Shown here piece after piece: positions 8,837-16,170 of a DNA stretch of 32,000 nt. The stretch's first letter is position 1. Each line of letters starts with the position of its first letter. The stretch is from Trichodesmium erythraeum IMS101 (GTDB taxonomy: Bacteria > Cyanobacteriota > Cyanobacteriia > Cyanobacteriales > Microcoleaceae): positions 960,001 to 992,000 of the forward strand of contig NC_008312.1 of assembly GCF_000014265.1 (NCBI RefSeq), written 5' to 3'. The notes beneath the pieces were generated by a model, which ran no database searches, had not been told where the DNA came from, and saw only the letters and a list, made by a program, of their open reading frames with translations. The position numbers and the translations under genes are program-made.

Positions 8837-8871
8837 GTTAATTAAGTAGGTTTGATGCCTACTTAATTAAC
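8837..8871 (+). terminator. Perfect 14-bp stem hairpin 46 nt downstream of the repeat-protein stop (putative terminator)
   Basis: GTTAATTAAGTAGG-tttgatg-CCTACTTAATTAAC. There is no immediately adjacent U-tract; a T-rich stretch follows about 15-25 nt later. Confidence 0.5.
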
Positions 8872-9190
8872 ATAGATAATCTGGATTTTTCTGATTTTTA
8901 ATATATCTTTTCAAAGTAGAAGTTTTGACTCCCCTAAAAGAAGCAATAAGAGAATAGCTATTCTATAAACATTTTTTCAGTAAATAGGGTTGAATAACAT
9001 CAGATAGCTTTTGGTAGAATGAAGCGCCCTACTTTTAATTTTTAACGGATTTTTTACTTTTTGATCTACTTACATCGTGCTCAGTAAAACCGAATCAGGA
9101 CGAATGGCCAGAAAGCCGCTACTGTAGAAAGTTGCCGTAAATTCTAAGTTCTAAGCTTTGACTTTTGAATTATATTGTTTGACTTTTAAT

Positions 9191-9219
9191 TTGACAAGTT
9201 GATTAAAAAGTGCTATGAT
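9191..9219 (+). promoter_or_regulatory. Candidate near-consensus sigma70 promoter of the second FG-GAP/Calx-beta gene
   Basis: TTGACA (9191-9196), 17-nt spacer, TATGAT (9214-9219), about 37 nt upstream of the ATG at 9256. Confidence 0.45.
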
Positions 9220-9255
9220 TGTTGGTTAAGCTTTTTTCTGATTTAATTTAATACT

Positions 9256-12200
9256 ATGACTGAACCCTTTGAAGAAAATAATTCATCGGAGCCTGAGTTT
9301 CCGGATGACCCATTCCCAAGTGTCCACTATCTCCCTGGGGCTGACTCGAACCCTGAGGTTACAGACCCGATGATACAAGGTGCCTGGGGTGAGGTTCGTG
9401 ACGAATTGGCTGATTTTATCTTGGCCCCGGAGTTCGATGACTATATTAAAACGGCTTTTGGTGAAACTGTGGACCCGGAGCTGGCAAAGGAGCAGATCAA
9501 GGATGTTTTGACTGGGGAAAATTTGCCCGAGGTTATTATGTTGCCGGCGGCGGATATGGAGCCGGCGGTGGGTGCCTATGATCCTTTGACTGGTTCAATT
9601 TATTTGGCTGATTCTTTATTGCCTGATACTGATGGGGTTTTGGTGGATGTGCTGTTGGAGGAGTTGGGGCATTTTTTGGACTCTCAGTTGTCTGAGTCGG
9701 ACTCCCCTGGAGATGAGGGTGAGTTATTGGCTGCTTTGGTGAGGGGTGAGGAGTTGACTCAGTTTCAGGTGATGATGCTTCGGGGTCAGGATGATCGGGT
9801 AGATATTTGGGTCGGGGGTGTTGAGGTTGAGGTTGAGGCTAGTGAAAAGGTTGATTTTGAGAAGGCTCGTAATTTTAAGGTGGGAGACAGACCTTGGTCA
9901 GTAGCAGCAGGAGATTTTAATGGAGATGGCATTCCTGATCTGGCTGTGGCGAACGTTGGTTCAGACAACGTATCAGTGTTATTAGGAAAAGGTGACGGTA
10001 GTTTTGGTTCAGCTACTAATTTTCCGGTGGGAGACGGACCTGCGTCAGTAGCAGCAGAAGATTTAAATGGAGATGGCATTCCTGATCTGGCTGTGGCGAA
10101 TATTGACTCAGACAACGTATCAGTGTTATCAGGAAAAGGTGACGGTAGTTTTGGTTCAGCTACTAATTTTCCGGTGGGAGACGGACCAGAGTCAGTAGCA
10201 GTAGGAGATTTTAATGGAGATGGCATTCCTGATCTGGCTGTGGCGAACTGGTTGTCAGACAACGTATCAGTGTTATTAGGAAAAGGTGACGGTAGTTTTG
10301 GTTCAGCTACTAATTTTCCGGTGGGAGACAGACCTGCGTCAGTAGCAGCAGAAGATTTAAATGGAGATGGCATTCCTGATCTGGCTGTGGCGAACTGGTT
10401 GTCAGACAACGTATCAGTGTTATCAGGAAAAGGTGACGGTAGTTTTGGTTCAGCTACTAATTTTCCGGTGGGAGATCAACCTTTGTCAGTAGCAGTAGGA
10501 GATTTTAATGGAGATGGCATTCCTGATCTGGCTGTGGCGAACAGATCTTCAGACAACGTATCAGTGTTATCAGGAAAAGGTGACGGTAGTTTTGGTTCAG
10601 CTACTAATTTTCCGGTGGGAGACTTTCCTAGCTCAGTAGCAGCAGAAGATTTAAATGGAGATGGCATTCCTGATCTGGCTGTGGCGAACTGGTTGTCATA
10701 CAACGTATCAGTGTTATCAGGAAAAGGTGACGGTAGTTTTGGTTCAGCTACTAATTTTCCGGTGGGAGATCAACCTTTGTCAGTAGCAGCAGAAGATTTA
10801 AATGGAGACGGCATTCCTGATCTGGCTGTGGCGAACAGGGGGGATAACAACGTATCCATCCTCATCAACAAAACCCCCATAACCATCATCCCCAACATCA
10901 CCATCTCCGACACCAAGGTCACCGAAGGCAACACAAATAAAACCGCCAAATTCACCGTCACCCTAGACAACCCCACAACCACCACAGTCAAAGTCAACTA
11001 CACCACAGCCAACCAAACCGCCCAAGTCAACCAAGACTACAAACTCACCAAAGGCACCCTCACCTTCCGACCAGGAGAAACGAACAAAAACATCACAGTT
11101 CCCATCTTGGGAGATAACCGAGACGAACCCCAGGAAAAATTCCGAGTCGCTCTGAGCCGCCCCCAAAATGCCAACATCAAAGATGGGAGAGCTACAGGCA
11201 CCATCGTTGATAACGACCCAGTTCCCCAAATATCCATCGGCGATGCCAAAATTACGGAAGGAAACAGAGGTCAGAAAAACATAGAATTTGAAGTCAAATT
11301 AAACAACCCCAGCGGGAAAACAGTGAGAGTAAATTATGGAACCCAAGAGGGCAGCGCCAAGTCAGGAAAAGATTTTCGAAATAAAAGGGGAGTCCTGACA
11401 TTCCAACCAGGGCAGACCAAAAAAATAGTGAACATTCCCATTTTAGGAGATCGGGTTGATGAAAATAACGAGGAGTTTCAAGTCAAACTCAGCCGTGCCA
11501 GAAATGGAAATTTGTCAGATAAAACAGCGGTCGGCAGAATTATTGATAACGACGAAACAATACCCCAAATATCCATCAGGGATGCCAAAGTGACGGAAGG
11601 AAACAGGGGTAAGAAACAGATGAAGTTTGAAGTCGAGCTCAACAACCCGAGCACGAAAACAGTGAGAGTAAATTACGCCACAGTAGATGGCAGCGCCAAG
11701 TCAGGAAAAGATTTTCAAAATAAAAGGGGAGTGGTGACATTCCAACCAGGGCAGAGGAAAAAGATAGTGAATATTCCCATTTTGGGAGATCGGGTTGATG
11801 AAAATAACGAGCAGTTTCAAGTCAAACTCAGCGGTGCCAGAAATGGTAAGTTGTCAGATAAAACAGCGGTCGGCAGAATTATTGATAACGACGAAGGGGT
11901 TCCCAAAGATCAGATAACTCCCCAAATATCCATCAGGGATGCCAAAATTACTGAAGGAAACCAGGGAGAGAAAAACATGAAGTTTGAGGTCAAGTTAGAT
12001 AATAGTAGCAGTGAAGTAGTGAAAGTTAATTATGAAACTGTTGACGGTAGCGCGAAGTCAGGAAAAGATTATTTGAAGAAAAAGGGAGTCCTGAAATTCC
12101 AACCAGGGGAGACGAAAAAGACAGTAAATGTTCCTATTTTGGGAGATACTGTTGATGAAAAGGATGAGAAATTTCAGGTGAAACTCAGCGGCGCTAAAAA

Positions 12201-12612
12201 TGGTAAGTTATCAGATGCAAAAGCAGTGGGTATTATTCGGGATGACGAAAAACCAGTACCAGATGAATTCAAAAATGCTGTAGATATAGGAATTCTGGAG
12301 CTAGAGCAAATTACCAAGGTTGATGATATTGGTTTCTCCGAAGGACAACAGCGAAATACAGTAGATCATTATCGTTTTGAGGTCAAAAAAGAAGGTTCAG
12401 TGAATATTATTGTAGATGGCTTCTTTCAAGACTTAGGAATTAAATTGTATGATGATGATGGCAGTCTACTCAACCAGTCAAACGAGGAGGGCAATATCAC
12501 CAAAGAGAAAATTCAAACTATTTTAGATCCTGGTTTTTATTATTTAGAAGTTTTTCCTGTAGGAGCGGGTGCAACTGACTATAGGTTAATTGTTAATATT
12601 GTTGAATTCTAA
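9256..12612 (+). CDS. Paralog of 3524-6562: N-terminal conserved module, 7 FG-GAP/VCBS blades, 4 Calx-beta domains, PPC domain
   Basis: 1118-aa ORF, collinear with the first paralog. Shared blocks: AVGAYDPLTG.IYLADSLL, LLEELGH.LD, SDSPGDEGEL, and the C-terminus ..VNIVEF. It is 106 aa longer, which equals one extra Calx-beta unit. Confidence 0.9.
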   Translation: MTEPFEENNSSEPEFPDDPFPSVHYLPGADSNPEVTDPMIQGAWGEVRDELADFILAPEFDDYIKTAFGETVDPELAKEQIKDVLTGENLPEVIMLPAADMEPAVGAYDPLTGSIYLADSLLPDTDGVLVDVLLEELGHFLDSQLSESDSPGDEGELLAALVRGEELTQFQVMMLRGQDDRVDIWVGGVEVEVEASEKVDFEKARNFKVGDRPWSVAAGDFNGDGIPDLAVANVGSDNVSVLLGKGDGSFGSATNFPVGDGPASVAAEDLNGDGIPDLAVANIDSDNVSVLSGKGDGSFGSATNFPVGDGPESVAVGDFNGDGIPDLAVANWLSDNVSVLLGKGDGSFGSATNFPVGDRPASVAAEDLNGDGIPDLAVANWLSDNVSVLSGKGDGSFGSATNFPVGDQPLSVAVGDFNGDGIPDLAVANRSSDNVSVLSGKGDGSFGSATNFPVGDFPSSVAAEDLNGDGIPDLAVANWLSYNVSVLSGKGDGSFGSATNFPVGDQPLSVAAEDLNGDGIPDLAVANRGDNNVSILINKTPITIIPNITISDTKVTEGNTNKTAKFTVTLDNPTTTTVKVNYTTANQTAQVNQDYKLTKGTLTFRPGETNKNITVPILGDNRDEPQEKFRVALSRPQNANIKDGRATGTIVDNDPVPQISIGDAKITEGNRGQKNIEFEVKLNNPSGKTVRVNYGTQEGSAKSGKDFRNKRGVLTFQPGQTKKIVNIPILGDRVDENNEEFQVKLSRARNGNLSDKTAVGRIIDNDETIPQISIRDAKVTEGNRGKKQMKFEVELNNPSTKTVRVNYATVDGSAKSGKDFQNKRGVVTFQPGQRKKIVNIPILGDRVDENNEQFQVKLSGARNGKLSDKTAVGRIIDNDEGVPKDQITPQISIRDAKITEGNQGEKNMKFEVKLDNSSSEVVKVNYETVDGSAKSGKDYLKKKGVLKFQPGETKKTVNVPILGDTVDEKDEKFQVKLSGAKNGKLSDAKAVGIIRDDEKPVPDEFKNAVDIGILELEQITKVDDIGFSEGQQRNTVDHYRFEVKKEGSVNIIVDGFFQDLGIKLYDDDGSLLNQSNEEGNITKEKIQTILDPGFYYLEVFPVGAGATDYRLIVNIVEF
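9871..10875 (+). repeat. 7 x 147-bp (49-aa) highly similar tandem repeat encoding the FG-GAP blades of the second paralog
   Basis: Unit starts are at 9871, 10018, 10165, 10312, 10459, 10606 and 10753. Long runs are identical between units (e.g. aatggagatggcattcctgatctggctgtggcgaac, gtatcagtgttatcaggaaaaggtgacggtagttttggttcagctactaattttccggtgggaga). Confidence 0.95.
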
Positions 12613-13081
12613 TTAGGTTGCTCAATTATTTTAGCCTAGAAATTAGGTTTAGATCAATAAAATTGTGTAATGTTTGGATATTATATGGTAGTCAAAAGTC
12701 AACCTCTGCCTTTATCCCCTCCCCAGGCATAGAAGTCAAACCTCACCTTTTATTCCCCCATTGAGGAGAAGTGAAAAAGTTGCTCTAGAAGGAGGAGGTT
12801 TTAAACCAAATTTTTTGGTAAATGAAGATAATTTTTATAGTATAAATACTGAACCAAATTACGGGCTTTATACTAATTTTCATGTAACAAATTGAAGCGC
12901 GGAATGTGGGTGAAATGTTTCAGCAAGTCCATCCTATTGATAAACCCTAGATGAAAAGTTTTTCATCCAGGGATAAAGAGGTTTTGTCTAGTTGGTAAAA
13001 ACTTCTCCAAGTTTATAGCTTTCCAAAAATGCCAACTTAAAAAGAGCAAGATAAGAGAATTAGAACCTTTTCTAGACACAT

Positions 13082-14287
13082 CTAATGATGATGATGGTGG
13101 TGGTGACCATGATGGTGATGATCGCCGTGAGAATGACCATGGTCTCCATCGTGACTATGACCATGAGTCGACTTTGCCTGTGCTAGGGCCAAAGAAGGGT
13201 TAACAGCTAAAGCATTTTCACTCAATAATTCCTCAATATAAAGATTGGCCCACTCCCCAGCCATCTGCAAAAATTCTGAGCGGTCATTAACACAAGGCAT
13301 TTGCCGATAAGTTACTTCAGGATATTTTCGACGCAAACCTTCAATAATATGCTCAACATCTAATAAGGTTTCGTGATTTTCCGTAGCAAAACCAATAGGC
13401 ATAAATATAATAGCTGTTGCACCTAATTCTATCAGATTTTGAGCTGCAGTTTTAGCATCTGGTTGAGTCCATTCAATAAGTGGAGTATCATGGTTTAACC
13501 AACCCACAGAAATTAAAGCAAAACGATTAATTAAACGTTCCCGCACCAACTCATAAAGTGTTTGACTTTCATCAATTCCAGAAGTAAAACCTTTAGCTTT
13601 ATGAGGGCAGCCATGATTTGTTAAAACAATACCAATTTGAGATGGTAAATGAGCAACCGCTAAATCATTAGCAATCTGTTCTTCTACCATTTTTGCCATT
13701 AAATTAATATAATCAGGTTCATTATAAAAAGAAGGAATATAACGTTGACCTTTAATCCAATGTTCATTTTTATCTGCTAATTTTACCAATGCTTTATTAA
13801 CTTGTTCAACAGCAATACCACTAGTAAAAATAGAATCAACTACTAACAAAGGATAAATCAATAACTTATCAAAACCTTCAGATTTAATTTGATTTAATAC
13901 TTGTTCTGGTAAGTAGGGAGCGCAGAAATTAAAAGCTTTAAAAACTTTAACCCGATCGCCCCATTTATCTTGAAGATTTTTTTCAATTCCTGCTCTTTGA
14001 CTTTCAAAAATAGCATTATGAGGAGAGATAAAATTACCATGTTGATGACTCCATTCATGGAGGTCAAAAATAGCCAATAACTTTGCTAAAGGAGGATATA
14101 TCCAGGTAGGAACAGGAGCAAACTTAGCGGTCAGTAAATTTAATGCTTGTTCATTATAATTGGCAAAATCTTCATAGCTTTCTACCTCGCCATATCCCAT
14201 CAATAATACTGCGACTCTGTCTTGTCTGTTTTGGTTTGGAGATATAGAATTTTTTCGATTTTCAATTTTTTCTGGGGTTGTAACCAC
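13082..14287 (-). CDS. Ferrochelatase-fold (class II) metal chelatase with a C-terminal His-rich tail
   Basis: GTG start at 14287 with AAGGAG 7 nt upstream. VAVLLMGYGEVESYEDF resembles the ferrochelatase N-terminus (LLVMAYGTP..). VLTNHGCPHK corresponds to the (S/T)AHS(L)P His motif. PIGFATENHETLLDVE corresponds to GF(V)xDHxExLxExD. The tail is STHGHSHDGDHGHSHGDHHHHGHHHHHHH. The metal and substrate are not determinable from sequence. Confidence 0.8.
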   Translation of the reverse strand: MVTTPEKIENRKNSISPNQNRQDRVAVLLMGYGEVESYEDFANYNEQALNLLTAKFAPVPTWIYPPLAKLLAIFDLHEWSHQHGNFISPHNAIFESQRAGIEKNLQDKWGDRVKVFKAFNFCAPYLPEQVLNQIKSEGFDKLLIYPLLVVDSIFTSGIAVEQVNKALVKLADKNEHWIKGQRYIPSFYNEPDYINLMAKMVEEQIANDLAVAHLPSQIGIVLTNHGCPHKAKGFTSGIDESQTLYELVRERLINRFALISVGWLNHDTPLIEWTQPDAKTAAQNLIELGATAIIFMPIGFATENHETLLDVEHIIEGLRRKYPEVTYRQMPCVNDRSEFLQMAGEWANLYIEELLSENALAVNPSLALAQAKSTHGHSHDGDHGHSHGDHHHHGHHHHHHH

Positions 14288-14681
14288 GTTTTGCTCCTTT
14301 AGTTATATTTATTAATTAACTTAATTAAAGAACATGAGTAATTTGACTCTTGAGTTAGTTTAGCATTCCCCACCGGGGGGATGGGTGCTCGAATAATTGA
14401 GATTATATAAAGTTTTTAAGTTTTGTTAGAATCTGCCTTTAGTAAAATCTAGTATAAATTTTAATTATATAAGTTGGTTCTTAAAAAGTAATATTAGAAA
14501 TTTATTTTATTGTATTTTACTTATTTTGAAACAATTTTACTATGTTTCTCTGTCAGTTTCTCTCGAAAAAAATGACTCTATACACCCTTTATTTTTTTGG
14601 TTAAGGTAGGAAACCAAAGCAATATTCCTTTGTCAGTTTTTGTAGATAGAAAATTCCTCTAGTTTTCTCATACAGTAGTTT

Positions 14682-15308
14682 CACAGTTTTGAGCAGATGA
14701 AATTTTCATCTATTGACCCTTAACTTTTAACTCTTAACTTTTGAGTTTTGAGAGCTGAGATAATTTCATGAAATTACAGCTCATGTGGGAAAAATGATGT
14801 TGTGGGGGGCATCTTGCACCCGTGGGCGTACCTCATAAACCTGAAATATGCTGTAATTTAGCGCCACAGTTTTAAGCCAAGAAAATATTTATCCACAATT
14901 TTTAAGTTTTGAGAGCTGAAATAATTTCCGGAAATTAATTTAGTGTGACAGTTTTAAGTCAATAAAATCTTCATCCATAACTTTTTACTTTTAACTTTTA
15001 CAGCATATTTCGGGAAAATGATGTACAGAGTAAATAGTGAAAATAATTTAGTAGCTGTACTTGATAACAACAAAAAGCGCTGTAGCTTTTAACTTTTAAC
15101 TTTTAACCTTTAACTTTTAACCTTTAACTTTTAACTTTTAACCTTTAACCTTTAACTTTTAACTTTTAACTTTTAACTTTTAACTTTTAACCTTTAACCT
15201 TTAACTTTTAACTTTTAACTTTTAACTTTTAACTTTTAATTTTTAACTTTTAATTTTTAACTTTTAACTTTTAACTTTTGAGTAATGGGAAATAATTTCC
15301 TGAAATTA
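14682..15308. repeat. Three copies of a modular intergenic repeat, each ending in a 16-nt palindrome TAATTTC-NN-GAAATTA
   Basis: Module A: cacagttttgagcagatgaaattttcatc (14682), cacagttttaagccaagaaaatatttatcc (14866), gacagttttaagtcaataaaatcttcatcc (14947). Module B is a run of AACTTTT-type heptamers of variable length. Module C: gttttgagagctgaGataatttcATgaaatta (14745-14776), gttttgagagctgaAataatttcCGgaaatta (14906-14937), cttttgagtaatgggaaataatttcCTgaaatta (15275-15308). Confidence 0.8.
15086..15279. repeat. Heptanucleotide tandem array (about 27-28 copies of AACTTTT with AACCTTT and AATTTTT variants), STRR-like
   Basis: Period 7 read directly: cttttaa cttttaa cttttaa cctttaa ... There is no ORF. 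It lies in the 1.1-kb spacer between the chelatase gene and ORF 15384. Confidence 0.95.
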
Positions 15309-15383
15309 ATACTGTGTCAGTCTACTAGAATAATTAAAATCGAACAAAAATAGTATTTTCAATTTTAATTTTTCAATTTTGAT

Positions 15384-15956
15384 ATGACCATAGTAATTTG
15401 CCCAGGAATACATGAGCCAAAGCTAACCGATCAATTCTTGGAAGGTTTATCTATTAATTGGCAGAACCTCTCTCATTCTGGAAAGCTCTTAGTATGCCCA
15501 ACTCAAGACTATACCCCCTACTCTACCATTGACATATCAAAATTTTTATGGAGCTCAAAATTGATAAGGACAAATACACCATTACTATTCATTGCCTTTA
15601 GTGCAGGAGTAGTAGGAGCAACAGGAGCCGCTTGGACTTGGCAACTAGGAGGGGGACAAGTAAAAGCTGTTATAGCTATTGATGGATGGGGAATGCCTGT
15701 CAAGGGAAATTTTCCCATCTATAAAGTCAGTCACGACCATTTCACCCATTGGAGTTGGGGAATTTTCAGTAGTGGGGACGAAAACTTTTATGCCTATCCA
15801 TCTGTAGAACATTTAGAAATATGGCGATCGCCCCAAACAACTAGAGGTTGGTGGCTACATCAAAACATTATGGAAGTCAAAACAGCAACACCTGCAACAG
15901 CCAAAGAATTTATCATAAAAATATTAGAAAACCATGAAGAATTAAGCAGTATTTAA
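15384..15956 (+). CDS. Conserved-looking hypothetical protein, possibly alpha/beta-hydrolase-like
   Basis: 190-aa ORF. LLFIAFSAGVVGATGAA resembles a nucleophile-elbow (xSxG) context. It contains a HIP1 site (15824-15831). No family was recognised with certainty. Confidence 0.65.
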   Translation: MTIVICPGIHEPKLTDQFLEGLSINWQNLSHSGKLLVCPTQDYTPYSTIDISKFLWSSKLIRTNTPLLFIAFSAGVVGATGAAWTWQLGGGQVKAVIAIDGWGMPVKGNFPIYKVSHDHFTHWSWGIFSSGDENFYAYPSVEHLEIWRSPQTTRGWWLHQNIMEVKTATPATAKEFIIKILENHEELSSI

Positions 15957-16170
15957 AGTAATAAACTTAGGGTTTTGCAAAAGTTATTTTGATAGAGATA
16001 ATTTTCAACAACCCTGCCCAAAAAATTCAGAATATACTAATTCCCATATATTAATACTAAATTTAGATAGGGCTTCAGTTATTAAGTAATTAATATAATA
16101 AGTAATTAATATAATTAGAATAACCTTATTGCTCTTCAATAGTTAAGTGAATGTGAATTTTATAAATATT

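Noticed and set aside
9786-11249. Antisense ORFs 9786-10409, 10476-10703, 10770-10997, 10963-11229 and 11037-11249 inside the second paralog
   Set aside because: The cause is the same. The 207-aa ORF simply repeats the reverse-complement of the 147-bp blade unit. Those at 10770-11249 exist because the plus strand is T-poor there, so the minus strand has few stop codons.
14288-14420. Possible cobalamin or Ni/Co riboswitch in the leader of the chelatase gene, around the GC-rich cattccccaccggggggatgggtgctcg at about 14369-14395
   Set aside because: Only about 30 nt are GC-rich. I found no B12-box-like GCCACTG core on the minus strand, nor the multi-helix conserved core expected over 150-200 nt. 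The small hairpin alone is insufficient.
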